Part shown: positions 40,983 through 51,529 of the stretch, one piece after another
Position numbering within the stretch: the stretch's first letter is position 1
Layout: each line of letters begins with the position of its first letter
Virus record (IMG/VR): IMGVR_UViG_3300022774_000002
Reading direction: 5' to 3' (one strand)
From: a virus
Length of the DNA: 64,000 nucleotides
The notes under the pieces: generated by a model
What the model was told of the DNA's origin: nothing
Databases searched by the model: none
What the model saw: the letters and a program-made list of their open reading frames with translations, nothing else
Made by a program: the position numbers and the translations under genes

Positions 40983-41276
40983 ATGCCAAAATATAGACAA
41001 ATCGCAATGGGTGTTGTTGAGGCAACACAAATTACTGAAAGTAGTATCAACACTATAGAAGCTTTTAGTGCTGAAACTGGGAAAACGGAAAGCATCAAAG
41101 GTGAAGTCGGTGACTGGATAGTGACACAGGGCACACAAATTCAAATCATGAAAGATGATGATTTCAAAGCTTTGTATCACCCTGTTGATAAGGTTATTCC
41201 ACCAATTCAACCGACAGATCTTAATGATGGTGAAGATAATCCGCAGCCGTGGACAGCGTGGCATAAAGAAAAATAA
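40983..41276 (+). CDS. small virion-module protein
   Basis: 97 aa with GAGGT SD. Confidence 0.55.
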   Translation: MPKYRQIAMGVVEATQITESSINTIEAFSAETGKTESIKGEVGDWIVTQGTQIQIMKDDDFKALYHPVDKVIPPIQPTDLNDGEDNPQPWTAWHKEK

Positions 41277-43306
41277 TGCAGATAACCACTTTTGAACGCG
41301 GGCTTATTACGAACACGGAAAGGATAGTCAATCCGCACGAGACTGCGAGTTATGTTCGCAACAATCGAACTGAACACCACGGTTGGCTTGCCCCGCGTAA
41401 AGGTATGAAAGGTATCTCATCTGAATCCGAGATTACAGATGTATTTATTCATAAAAGTATTATCCTGATTGTCAAATCTGGCTATTTGAAATGGGCGCGA
41501 CTGAACGATGAAATCGGATCACAACTGACTTTCTATGATTTGGGGGAGATACAAGATGGTGTTAGGCAGCAATACCGTATCAAGACAGGAGCCGAACGTG
41601 TTGTTTTTAAGGGGCAGGTAGATGAAGAAGGTAATGAAGGAGATGTTGTTTGGATTAGCACAGGTAAGGCATCATTTGTTGTCAATATACCGGGTGCACC
41701 AAATGCGCCTGCGATTACGGGTGTTCCATCGGCAAGAGGTTTTTATCTGCCTAAAGCGAAATTGGAGTATAGCTTTGTCGATAATGAGCCGAGTGGTAGA
41801 ACGAATCGTGTATGGATACGTGCTCAGTTTGTTCTTACAGACGGGTCAAATGATGTAACCGATCCTGATCCTTCAGAAGCGATACAAAGAAAAGCAGATG
41901 GTGGATCGCCCTATGCCCCAGCAGTTGTTTTTTCTGAATCAAGCGATGCAAGGTATGTAGATATTCGAGCGGATGCAGAAGGTGATGCGACAAGCATTCA
42001 GATACGTGTTGAAGGTGCTCCAGATGGGACGAATGGTTATGTAGATATTTACCAAACGGAATTGAACGGAGCAGAAAATGGCGATTATTATTTTATAGAA
42101 CGTGTGCCTTATAGTAGCAATTACAATTCTCTTTTAGTTGGGGATATAGATTTTAGTTATGACGCATCTAAACCGCGTGTTTCATTTACAAAGGCATTAC
42201 GCAATAGCGATACTAATATTGGCACACCTTGGGGATACAGTTCACAAGATGATCCGAATTCACTTAAAAGTTTTAGGAAGATGGTTTATGTAAGTAATTT
42301 TAGCCCGCATTTTCAGCATATTGCGACAAACAAGTTTCGAAACTATGTGGCAGAATCAAACTCAAATCGTGTCTATATTTCTTACTATGATCCAGCAGAG
42401 GAGATCAAACTTTTTCAGAACTTTCCGGATTATATACCTTTGGATTTAGCAGGGGGTGCTATTACAGGTCTGGCGTTTATCCGAGATAATCTGTTAGTTG
42501 TTTATGCTACGAACCAGATACAGCTGATTCAAACAGACCCGCTTATTGAATTACATAGTGTTATTGACATTCTGGGACCGCGGGACAGCGATGGAAATCT
42601 TATTGGTTGTTCTGCCCCAGATACCATCGTTGATATGGGAGGTATTCACTACTTTTTAGCGACCAATCGATATATATATCGGTTCAATGGTAGGAGTGCG
42701 GACTCTATATCAGATTTGGTGCATGTGATGTTTCAAGCGGTTGTATTACCTACAACAGAATATGGCGAGCCTATTCCGTCTCGAGCCTTAGCTTTTGCTT
42801 ATGATAAAGACTACTATATAAGTATTCCATCTTTGTTAGAGAAAGGATTGACAGAAACACCGGAGTATCCGAACACAACGCTGCTATATGATGTGCAGTA
42901 TAGGCGTTGGTGGCAAGATGGTTTTGGTATTCGGTCTATTACAAAGAGTTATCCAGAGAGGTTATTTTCGGTTATCAATAGTAAGCTTTTTGAGTTGTAT
43001 CAAGGCAAAGATGATGACGGCACGCCGATACGCCGGATCTGGCGAAATAATCCTTATGCGACACGTCCACATGAGCGGTTTGAATCTGTTCATGTGTATT
43101 GCCAAGAGGCTGCGCGTGTTGACATCAAAGCGATAACAGAGTTTGACGAGTATGAAACATATATTGACGTTGAAAATCCTGAACACTGGCATGATATGCG
43201 TGCGGGGTGTGATCTACGTGGTCGTTTACATAGCGTTGAAATATCGACCGAAAGCCCAACAATAATTGATCGCATTACGACAAATGAGATTTTGGAGAAT
43301 AGGTAA
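41276..43306 (+). CDS. large tail/structural protein, function unassigned
   Basis: 676 aa. Start overlaps the upstream stop (TAATG). Confidence 0.65.
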   Translation: MQITTFERGLITNTERIVNPHETASYVRNNRTEHHGWLAPRKGMKGISSESEITDVFIHKSIILIVKSGYLKWARLNDEIGSQLTFYDLGEIQDGVRQQYRIKTGAERVVFKGQVDEEGNEGDVVWISTGKASFVVNIPGAPNAPAITGVPSARGFYLPKAKLEYSFVDNEPSGRTNRVWIRAQFVLTDGSNDVTDPDPSEAIQRKADGGSPYAPAVVFSESSDARYVDIRADAEGDATSIQIRVEGAPDGTNGYVDIYQTELNGAENGDYYFIERVPYSSNYNSLLVGDIDFSYDASKPRVSFTKALRNSDTNIGTPWGYSSQDDPNSLKSFRKMVYVSNFSPHFQHIATNKFRNYVAESNSNRVYISYYDPAEEIKLFQNFPDYIPLDLAGGAITGLAFIRDNLLVVYATNQIQLIQTDPLIELHSVIDILGPRDSDGNLIGCSAPDTIVDMGGIHYFLATNRYIYRFNGRSADSISDLVHVMFQAVVLPTTEYGEPIPSRALAFAYDKDYYISIPSLLEKGLTETPEYPNTTLLYDVQYRRWWQDGFGIRSITKSYPERLFSVINSKLFELYQGKDDDGTPIRRIWRNNPYATRPHERFESVHVYCQEAARVDIKAITEFDEYETYIDVENPEHWHDMRAGCDLRGRLHSVEISTESPTIIDRITTNEILENR

Positions 43307-43899
43307 TGAATAGTTTTAGCACAGATGCGAATAAGAGACCTGCAGTTATTCGTGAAGGATTGCCTGTAGGCGGATTACTTGCGATCACACGAGTATCATC
43401 GGATAGGGAATGGCATAGAGTTCTTCCGCATGGGAATAATGCAGCAGTTGTAGCCAATGAACCGGATCAACTCAATATAGGCAATTTACGTGCTGATATA
43501 CTTACTCTGATAGGGTGGAAGATAAAGATTTTGAATAGTGGTAATGTTCAAGAACGTAGGATCGTGAATTATGAATCACCGAATATTACAGTTGAAGGGA
43601 CTTTTGATTCTTTGTCTACGATTTCTACAGGCACAATACAATATGTTCTGTATCCTGAAGTTATTTTGCCATTCGGTGTTAAGCTTCACCCGGATACGGG
43701 TAACAGCGTTAGAATGCAGTTAGGCTTTACAACTGAAGATGCTTATACGCCAACGCGTATAGTTCCACATGACATTATTACTAAAAATTCAACACCGGCG
43801 ATTTTTCAAACGAAATATGTAGATAGGTTATTTTATCAGGTTTCAGCAGGGGATGATACAAGTTTTTCTATGTGTTGGGGAGAGCATTATGTATCGTAG
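43306..43899 (+). CDS. structural-module protein
   Basis: 197 aa with TAATG coupling. Confidence 0.6.
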   Translation: MNSFSTDANKRPAVIREGLPVGGLLAITRVSSDREWHRVLPHGNNAAVVANEPDQLNIGNLRADILTLIGWKIKILNSGNVQERRIVNYESPNITVEGTFDSLSTISTGTIQYVLYPEVILPFGVKLHPDTGNSVRMQLGFTTEDAYTPTRIVPHDIITKNSTPAIFQTKYVDRLFYQVSAGDDTSFSMCWGEHYVS

Positions 43900-43962
43900 A
43901 CAAACTCTGTTTGTCGGGGGGTGAACCACAGCAGCTCGCGAATGTTTCCATAGAGGCTAAAG

Positions 43963-46900
43963 ATGAGAAACGTAGTAATTCCGCGTAATGTGCCATCAGA
44001 TGTGCAGCGCGCATTTCAGCAGGTGAATCTGGGACTGCAGCATTTAGACATTCCTGTTCTGAAGGACATGTCATCTGTTCGTGGTATATCAGAAGGCACA
44101 GCGGCTTATTTTTTAGAGGGTAGTGTCCTTTATCGGTATACCAAGATAGGTGGAAAACTCCATAAGGAAAAGGTAGCGATAGAGGACTTGCCAGAACCGA
44201 TTCGCATATACTCAAGCGAAATTCAAGAGGCACTTGTTGACCAGATGCCAATACGTTTAAAACAACCCGTCAAAGTCGTTGAAGTTGATGACAATAATGT
44301 TGTCCGTGTAGACCTTGAAGAAGATATAGAGGAAAACGAAGGTGAACCGCGCTTTGAGTTTTTACAAGCCCGTGAAATAGCTGCGAACGGATTCCAAGGT
44401 GTGCCAGTCATGGATGTTGCGATTGATGGGAAAGTGTTTTACTGTGTGGAAGGCAACTTTTTCAACAAAATTTTACTTGTGGAGACTCGTATTAGAGATG
44501 AACGTGTCATTTCAGATACCGATAGACCGACAGTCCGCATAGAAACAGTTTCTACCTACACGACAACAGACGCGATTGAATTTAAGATAATCTTTTCTAA
44601 GGTTGTCTACGGGTTTTCAGAGGAGGATATTATCGTATCGGGTGGCACGTTATCCAATTTCTCTGGTAACGCAGCGACGTATGTATGCACGGTGACACCG
44701 ACAGGCACACAAACGATTAGTCTGCGTATCAATCAGAACGTTGCGATTGACGATTTCAATAATTTCAATACGGGTAGCACGCAGGTGAATATTGCGTATA
44801 TTCCACCAGACCGAATCCGACCGACTGCGGGTATATCTGGACCCTCATTCTATAAAGGTACAAACCCGTTTGATGTATCCTTTCCATTTTCGGAGCGTGT
44901 CAACGGCTTTTCTGCTTCGGGTGTCCGTGTTGTTGGTGGCAGGTTAGGCAGTCTCACTCAAGATGGTAATACATTCAGATCACAGATAACACCTACAGGC
45001 ACAGGTATTATCACAGTACAGGTATTGGCAAACGCTGCACGTGATACTGCGGGAAACACGAATGAAGCATCGGCAATTCATTCTATTGCGACAATCCCTA
45101 ACCCGCTACGCAATCCGAGTGTGGAAGTAGACGATGGGGAGATACACTTTCGTTTTGATGCTTCAGATAACGCGAACGGATCTCCTATTTTATCAAACGA
45201 AGTACGAATCGGTACTGGCGACTGGATTGATATTGGATTAGCCACATCGTATACATTTCCGGGACTGATGAACGGGCAAAGTCATCAGGTGCAGGGTAGA
45301 TGTCGCAATTTGGTTGGATATAGCACAGAAATAACTGTATCAGGCACACCGATAGCAATTGACAGGACACGTCCTGAAGTAGATATTGTCGCACCCGCTA
45401 CATATTCAGATGCATTTGATATAGGTATACCTTTCTCAGAAAATGTATCGGGCTTTGTTATTGGTGATATATCCATACAGGGCGGTACATTAGGCAATTT
45501 TACAGGACAAGATAATGGGTACAAGGCAAGGGTAACCCCGATCGGAACTGGACAGATCACGATTAGGATACCCGAAAATGTGTGTCAAGACACTGCGGGT
45601 AACCTGAACAGAGCCTCCGATCCAGTTATTGTTAGATATGTTGCCTCAGCGCGTATATCGGACCCCGTACAAGATTTGGTCTTGACTGCGGGCGACAGAC
45701 AGATTTTAGCAGAGTGGAAAGCACCTGCAAACGATGGCGGTTCTGCGATCAGGCGTTATTGGGTGCAAGTAGATACTGGGATTAAAATAGATGTAGGCTT
45801 AAACACACGCCACCCATTTCTAAATTTATTCAACGGACAGGAATATAGAATATCTGTCTATGCTGAAAACGGTGTTGGTGAAACAGAACCGGTTACTTTG
45901 ACTGCGACACCAGAGGAAGAAGGATCAGATGAACCGATACTTCGAATAAACATAGTGGAGTTTGAAGAAGATATAATCGGTAATCCTGAAAGAGAGAGGC
46001 AGTTTTGGTCAAATCAGGGGCATCATGCGACATGTGCAGCGGTTGCTTGTGGTTCTGCAATGCGTGCTCTGGGAGTAGAAGGACACGACGATTCTCTCCA
46101 AGTCGTAAGGGATTCTGTGAAGTTAGTTGACCAAAATAATAATCATTTGCCTGATGTGGTAAACATAAGATATAGACAAGACCCTTTATACGGAATAGTA
46201 AGAGGCGGGAATCAATACACAATCAGACCTGTTTCTAACACACCTTCTCTAACAATTCGTGGTGAAGCAATATACTACCGTAAAGCAGTACCTGTTGCAG
46301 ATTGGGAAAGGTTTTACCATGAGCCGTTTTACGATTTGCAATTTATTTCTTTCAATCCTGATCGTATTTATGCTTCAAATAGCCTGTCTCGGATTGCTGG
46401 AGGAACAGGCTTAGAAATAAGCGATACATCGAGTTGGAATGTAGTAAATTTGTTTTTTGATCATTACGATGTCCCGCATCATGTGGGCTACTGCTACGAT
46501 TTTAGTTGGCTTATCAGGGAGATTGAATCTGGAAATAAGGTAATTGCTTTTGTAGACCTGCGTGAATTCCGTAATCCTTCGATAATTGAAGCAGCACAGG
46601 CTGCGTCGGATTTTACGACAATAGAACCGGGTAATAATAATCCAGCTGCTCAAATTAGGAGTCTTCAAAACCATGCGGTATGGATTACAGGCATAGATGT
46701 TTCAGTTCCAACTGATCCGCAGATCATTATAAATGATAGTTCTCGCACTACTGGTGGTGGTGACAGATATTCACTACAAACATTTTTAGCATCGTGGGAA
46801 GATGCTGAATTTATCTACACTGCGACAGGTGCGTCACTTCCGGATTTGCCGACAATAAGCGGAGTAGCACTTAATAGGGAACACCGTCAACTCAATAGAA

Positions 46901-47124
46901 TTATCAAACTGCACAGACGGGATCTATTTAAGGACGGCAAACTTGAAGTGTTACCCTTTTTTGACAACATGTTAGAGCAGTATTTTTTAGATCGTATTGG
47001 TATTAAAGACCGCTATAACAGATACTTACGGCATGTAGCATTAGAGCAAAAACGTATTTTTGATACCTATGGACTTGATTCAACACAAGTCAAAAATGTG
47101 CTTGATATATTGGTTCATGAATAA
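43963..47124 (+). CDS. tail protein with three Ig-like repeats, two FN3-like domains and a C-terminal C39-like (papain-fold) cysteine peptidase domain
   Basis: Three copies of F(S)ExVxGF...GGxLxxFxG...Y...VTPTGxGxIxI...D.AGN (about 44520-45620). Two FN3-like units carry NGSPI/NDGGSAI..Y motifs. QFWSNQGHHATCAAVACGS holds the Cys codon (46033-35), and NHAVWITGID...IIINDS holds the His codon (46672-74). Confidence 0.75.
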   Translation: MRNVVIPRNVPSDVQRAFQQVNLGLQHLDIPVLKDMSSVRGISEGTAAYFLEGSVLYRYTKIGGKLHKEKVAIEDLPEPIRIYSSEIQEALVDQMPIRLKQPVKVVEVDDNNVVRVDLEEDIEENEGEPRFEFLQAREIAANGFQGVPVMDVAIDGKVFYCVEGNFFNKILLVETRIRDERVISDTDRPTVRIETVSTYTTTDAIEFKIIFSKVVYGFSEEDIIVSGGTLSNFSGNAATYVCTVTPTGTQTISLRINQNVAIDDFNNFNTGSTQVNIAYIPPDRIRPTAGISGPSFYKGTNPFDVSFPFSERVNGFSASGVRVVGGRLGSLTQDGNTFRSQITPTGTGIITVQVLANAARDTAGNTNEASAIHSIATIPNPLRNPSVEVDDGEIHFRFDASDNANGSPILSNEVRIGTGDWIDIGLATSYTFPGLMNGQSHQVQGRCRNLVGYSTEITVSGTPIAIDRTRPEVDIVAPATYSDAFDIGIPFSENVSGFVIGDISIQGGTLGNFTGQDNGYKARVTPIGTGQITIRIPENVCQDTAGNLNRASDPVIVRYVASARISDPVQDLVLTAGDRQILAEWKAPANDGGSAIRRYWVQVDTGIKIDVGLNTRHPFLNLFNGQEYRISVYAENGVGETEPVTLTATPEEEGSDEPILRINIVEFEEDIIGNPERERQFWSNQGHHATCAAVACGSAMRALGVEGHDDSLQVVRDSVKLVDQNNNHLPDVVNIRYRQDPLYGIVRGGNQYTIRPVSNTPSLTIRGEAIYYRKAVPVADWERFYHEPFYDLQFISFNPDRIYASNSLSRIAGGTGLEISDTSSWNVVNLFFDHYDVPHHVGYCYDFSWLIREIESGNKVIAFVDLREFRNPSIIEAAQAASDFTTIEPGNNNPAAQIRSLQNHAVWITGIDVSVPTDPQIIINDSSRTTGGGDRYSLQTFLASWEDAEFIYTATGASLPDLPTISGVALNREHRQLNRIIKLHRRDLFKDGKLEVLPFFDNMLEQYFLDRIGIKDRYNRYLRHVALEQKRIFDTYGLDSTQVKNVLDILVHE

Positions 47125-47993
47125 TGGCTACCCGTACTTACAAGGTATCAGATGAATACAATCCGTCTTTATCACATTTCACGATTGTTGAGTCCGGTGA
47201 TAAAAAGTATCTCCGTATTGGTTCACTTGTAGAAGATGACCGTCTCTTACTAAATTCTCTTATTGCGGACGGATATATTGGGTTTTGGCAAGAGAACGAG
47301 GAGATATGGTTTATTGACCTTGTTGGCAGGTATCGTGCTTATATCGGAATTGAGGTTTCGTTTAGCGGTCGCAACCCGTTGCGAGCAGGAGAAGATTATC
47401 GGATTCGGTTTCCGCAGTCAAGACCAGGGACTGAAACGATAGGTAGAGATAGCACGGATGACGATGGCGATGATAGTGATGGTGGTGTCAGCGATAGCAG
47501 TGTTCCGTTAGATGTGACGTTGGTTCGTAAGATTTCGATAGATGGTTTAGAGGAGCATACCTTAACTTTTGAGTATAACATAGGTGTTTTGGGTCGTCCG
47601 GGTGTAGAGTGGGGTGTATTATGGTTTGGTAGTATTGCGGATTTGGAAGCGGGCACCCCTGAACTTGGGAGAGACAGGACACCGAGGAATGTGTCTATCA
47701 CCCCCCCGACGTTATCTGAAGAAGAGGGCTTACATTTTTTTCATTTAGTTTTTACACCGCAGTTTGAAGGAGATCATTACTTAGCCTTTGAGTTGGACCC
47801 ACTCCCGGATGGTCAACAAGGTGAACCGGACATGCCGGTGTTACCTTATCTTGTAGACAGCAACGGTGATTGGCTTGTAGATTCGGATGGTTTTATGCTT
47901 GTATCACGAGCGGAATCTTGGACATTCTTGGTAGATTTGGATGGTTATCAGTTGGTTGATAGTGAAGGCACTCGTGTTGTAGAGGTAATTTGA
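47124..47993 (+). CDS. tail-module protein
   Basis: 289 aa with TAATG coupling. Internal acidic DDDGDDSDGG patch. Confidence 0.6.
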   Translation: MATRTYKVSDEYNPSLSHFTIVESGDKKYLRIGSLVEDDRLLLNSLIADGYIGFWQENEEIWFIDLVGRYRAYIGIEVSFSGRNPLRAGEDYRIRFPQSRPGTETIGRDSTDDDGDDSDGGVSDSSVPLDVTLVRKISIDGLEEHTLTFEYNIGVLGRPGVEWGVLWFGSIADLEAGTPELGRDRTPRNVSITPPTLSEEEGLHFFHLVFTPQFEGDHYLAFELDPLPDGQQGEPDMPVLPYLVDSNGDWLVDSDGFMLVSRAESWTFLVDLDGYQLVDSEGTRVVEVI

Positions 47994-49969
47994 TGGCGGA
48001 ACGGCAGTTATCAGATGTTCCTGATATATTAGAAGCGAATGTGTTTGACAGTGGCATGTCGATCATTTTCAGTATGAGTGGTCGTTTTCGTGACATAGCA
48101 TCATTACTTCTCCGTAATGCTATTTCGAAGGCTATTATCCATGCGGAAGCGAGTGATCCTGCAGATAGTGATCAAGTTTCGGGTTTAACACAGTACTGGA
48201 TCAATACGACAACCAAAGCGCGTTTTATCTCTGTCAATGGTGAGGACTGGGTCAATGTTACCTCTCCGGGCACAACTGGGCAGGGTGAAGATGGCGACGA
48301 TGGCTGGACACCTGAGTTTTCTGTTGTATCTGACACTGTGCGTAGAGTGCTACAAGTATCTGATTGGACAGGAGGAGGAGGTAGTAAACCGGCAACGGGT
48401 CAATATGTAGGGGCTACAGGCTTTGTTTCGGCTATTGCTGACGCTGTTGATATTCGGGGTCCTGTTGGTCAAACAGGTGGCACAGGTGGAGCTGGCAATG
48501 ATGGTGAAGACGGCTGGAGTCCTGAGATTGCGATTGAGTCTGACGATGCGCGTCGTGTTCTTAAGGTTGTCGACTGGCATGGTGGTGATGGCACGAAACC
48601 GGATATTAACCGGTATCTTGGTGAAGATGGTTTTACGACAGAGCTTAATTTAGCGATTGATATTCGTGGAGCATCGGGGCTTGGATCTATATCGACAGAT
48701 GAGACACTTCAAGGTGATGGGACAACAGACAGTCCGCTTGGTGTTGTTCCTGTATTAGGTGAAATTGGTCGGATTCTGTCGATTGGTAGCTATACACTTG
48801 GTGCGAGCACAACGCCAGCTGCGCAGAATGCGGGTTACACCGGTGGTAATCTCTATATTCATACAACAGCATCTGATGGAGATAAATCAACGATACTTGG
48901 TGGTTTATCTCAAGGGGATTATATCCATGTTGGCACAGATGCGATTTTAGAAATAACATCACCACCGACATCGGCGTCAAGTATTTACACGCTTGCTGTA
49001 ACAGTGCTTGAAGGTGAGGTGCCAGCATCGGATAGTCATACGATTTACTTCATCAAAGAGAACCGGGCTTTGATAGCGGGATCTGTGCATGGCTTCAACA
49101 TAGCAGCTGGATCGATTTTAGTCTCTAAGTTAGCGCAAGAAGTTATTTCGTATTGGCTTAGATCAGTAGCTACGGATGCGACTTTGACAGGTGATGGCAC
49201 TTCTGGGAGTCCTTTGAGTGTTGCTGTTCCTGCGGATGATAGTCCACCAGATGTCGATACCGGTATGTATGAAACGTTCGGTAGTTGGACGTGGACGTCA
49301 ACGAGTGTTCCAGCGACGGGTCATTTCTATGTAGAGTCTGGTGAGCTTAGAATCTTTGAAACGGACACAGACAGCACGGATAAAAGAACGGCTTTGGATG
49401 ATGTAGCGGTTGGTGATCGTTTCCAGTTTGGTGAACTGAATGCGTTTGAGGTGTCAGCAGTTGGTGTTCGGAGTGGCAATGGTCTATGGACGTTTAGTGG
49501 GAATTGGGCGGAAGTATTCGATGTTGGTGATTTTGATGGTTCGTATAATGTTCGCTACATCAGGAAAGCGAATGTTTTAGCTCGTAACAACGTTGCTCCG
49601 GGCAGATACTTGAGACTGAATAGTTCGTTGCTTGTAGAGGCGAACGATCCTCGTGATAATCTTGAGACGCTTTGGACAGGTAGTATTAGTCCTGATGATG
49701 CTGACGATTTGGCTGCGACACATAATCTGAATGCGGGTCGCAAGTTTTCAGACTACAAAGTTTTATTCTTTCGTTCACGGGGTAGAAACAGACCGACGTG
49801 GAATGCGTGTCCAGCAACAGCGTTTGCATCATCTTCGAATTTGGTAGAAATAGACACTCGTGGGATTGCTGCGACACTGGGTTGGGTGAGTGATACTTCG
49901 TTTAGATTTACCCATTCTTATGGGAGTGATTTCCAGCTCCAGCGGATTCTGGGAATGAAAGGTGCATAA
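47993..49969 (+). CDS. tail fibre protein with tandem about 65-aa repeats
   Basis: ATG at 47993 overlaps the upstream stop (TGATG). Repeat 1 (about 48278-48469) is GQGEDGDDGWTPEF...DIRGPVG. Repeat 2 (about 48488-48679) is GAGNDGEDGWSPEI...DIRGASG. Confidence 0.7.
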   Translation: MAERQLSDVPDILEANVFDSGMSIIFSMSGRFRDIASLLLRNAISKAIIHAEASDPADSDQVSGLTQYWINTTTKARFISVNGEDWVNVTSPGTTGQGEDGDDGWTPEFSVVSDTVRRVLQVSDWTGGGGSKPATGQYVGATGFVSAIADAVDIRGPVGQTGGTGGAGNDGEDGWSPEIAIESDDARRVLKVVDWHGGDGTKPDINRYLGEDGFTTELNLAIDIRGASGLGSISTDETLQGDGTTDSPLGVVPVLGEIGRILSIGSYTLGASTTPAAQNAGYTGGNLYIHTTASDGDKSTILGGLSQGDYIHVGTDAILEITSPPTSASSIYTLAVTVLEGEVPASDSHTIYFIKENRALIAGSVHGFNIAAGSILVSKLAQEVISYWLRSVATDATLTGDGTSGSPLSVAVPADDSPPDVDTGMYETFGSWTWTSTSVPATGHFYVESGELRIFETDTDSTDKRTALDDVAVGDRFQFGELNAFEVSAVGVRSGNGLWTFSGNWAEVFDVGDFDGSYNVRYIRKANVLARNNVAPGRYLRLNSSLLVEANDPRDNLETLWTGSISPDDADDLAATHNLNAGRKFSDYKVLFFRSRGRNRPTWNACPATAFASSSNLVEIDTRGIAATLGWVSDTSFRFTHSYGSDFQLQRILGMKGA

Positions 49970-50871
49970 TGGCAACGAAACTGTATATCAACTATGTGAG
50001 ACAATCGGCTGTGCCGCTTGCGCCTGAAGTGAAAAAGATATTAGTTCTTTCGGATAGACACCTTCAAATCAAGCGTGTTGTTGATGGCGTTGATATTGTC
50101 ACTGATTTTGATTTTAGGACATCATCTCGGACGACTGAAAGTCTGAACACACCGAACGGCTATGCGGATACGATTTATCGCTACCTGATTGATAATTCCG
50201 ATGTGCATGTTTGGATTGCAGGGGTTGTTCCAACGGGTGTATCCCTACCGAAACCTGATTACCAAGTGATAGAGCACAGTGCTGCAGCGACTGTGTTCAA
50301 AGTATCTGGTGAAACGGATTCGGCAGAAACACCGAGTGGCACCCAACCGGCATGGATACCGGGTGCATTGACAACTGCGGAGAAAAAAGTCCGTGCGATT
50401 CGTGCGATCAAGTCTTGGCGAGAGCAGAAGAAATCTTGGTTATTGGAAGCCCCTGAGTATGCTGATCTTGTTCCGAACATCACGACCCACTTAGGTTACT
50501 GGCTACGCAGTGCGGACTATGTACTCAAGTTGATGTATGACATGGGAGTTTCTGGCACTTTTGACTGGCTCATCGTTGAAGCGATAACGAAGGAAGCGAT
50601 TAAGGGACCGAGGACACTTGACCCGGATGGTGATGGTGCGTATAATACCGAATTTTTTCAGCGATTAAAAGTAGCATCAGTAGGTTACCCGACGGGTCCG
50701 ACTTTTGGTGCGTTATGGGTTCGCACGTGGGATTTGACAGATGTTGTCGATGTAGATCGCGTCTTAGATTTTACAGCAGATGTTATTCAATCTCATGGGC
50801 AAGCGACAGATAGAACGTATCATAATATACCTGCGGATTACGATAGCACCGCAATATACTGGAGTACCTAA
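49969..50871 (+). CDS. tail-module protein
   Basis: 300 aa with TAATG coupling. Confidence 0.6.
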   Translation: MATKLYINYVRQSAVPLAPEVKKILVLSDRHLQIKRVVDGVDIVTDFDFRTSSRTTESLNTPNGYADTIYRYLIDNSDVHVWIAGVVPTGVSLPKPDYQVIEHSAAATVFKVSGETDSAETPSGTQPAWIPGALTTAEKKVRAIRAIKSWREQKKSWLLEAPEYADLVPNITTHLGYWLRSADYVLKLMYDMGVSGTFDWLIVEAITKEAIKGPRTLDPDGDGAYNTEFFQRLKVASVGYPTGPTFGALWVRTWDLTDVVDVDRVLDFTADVIQSHGQATDRTYHNIPADYDSTAIYWST

Positions 50872-51230
50872 TGCCAGAGCAGAGATTAATTCCGATAGAA
50901 TTCAGTGTCGTTGCCACATCAGAACCGACAGTAACGATTGATGGCGATAACAGTATAGAAGTCTATATCGGTCAAGGTATTGAGTTTGATGTGACGTTTG
51001 ACAGGGGTGGACCTCCGATCACAGAGGCACAACTCCGCAATTCGGACTTGGAGCTATTTACGGATTCGAACCGAATGGATCGTTTAGATGCGAATGACGA
51101 GGATGCTTACACGCATGAGTTTCGTGATATTAACATTTCGGCTGGGACAGCAAAGATACTTCTGACGGTGAATAGTGGTGTTCCGGCTCGGACGTTGTAT
51201 GCGAATTTGGTAGTAGAACAAGGCACATAA
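50871..51230 (+). CDS. tail-module protein
   Basis: 119 aa with TAATG coupling. Starts MPEQ. Confidence 0.55.
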   Translation: MPEQRLIPIEFSVVATSEPTVTIDGDNSIEVYIGQGIEFDVTFDRGGPPITEAQLRNSDLELFTDSNRMDRLDANDEDAYTHEFRDINISAGTAKILLTVNSGVPARTLYANLVVEQGT

Positions 51231-51529
51231 TGCCTGACATTCGTATTGGGTTTATCCTCAATCTTTTATACACGATTCCGTCTGTTGTTATCTCTGTGTT
51301 GCGAGATAACATCATCTTGATAGCGTTTAGTGAGCGTGTTACTGGCTTCACAGAGGATGCTATTGAGATTACAGGTGGAACACTTTCAGATTTTAGAGGT
51401 AACGGGAGAGAGTATTTGGTAGCTGTCAATACAGATACAAGTGCGACGTTGTCCATCGGTGCGGGTGTAGCGAGAAGTGTCAATGAACAACCGAATACCG
51501 CAAGCAATAGGTTAACTTACAATGCCTGA
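51230..51529 (+). CDS. small protein carrying one copy of the Ig-like module found in 43963..47124
   Basis: FSERVTGFTEDAIEITGGTLSDFRGNGREYLVAVN matches the repeat motif of the 1053-aa tail protein. Confidence 0.6.
   Translation: MPDIRIGFILNLLYTIPSVVISVLRDNIILIAFSERVTGFTEDAIEITGGTLSDFRGNGREYLVAVNTDTSATLSIGAGVARSVNEQPNTASNRLTYNA

Noticed and set aside
47993-49969. A diversity-generating retroelement acting on the tail fibre (repeated segments).
   Set aside because: The window has no reverse transcriptase gene. Both repeats are in-frame parts of the same protein and differ at all base types, not adenine-specifically.
51062-51072. GGATTCGAACC, the reverse complement of the consensus T-loop GGTTCGAATCC.
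   Set aside because: It lies inside the well-supported CDS 50871..51230. The flanks do not form a T-stem or acceptor stem. It is probably a chance match.
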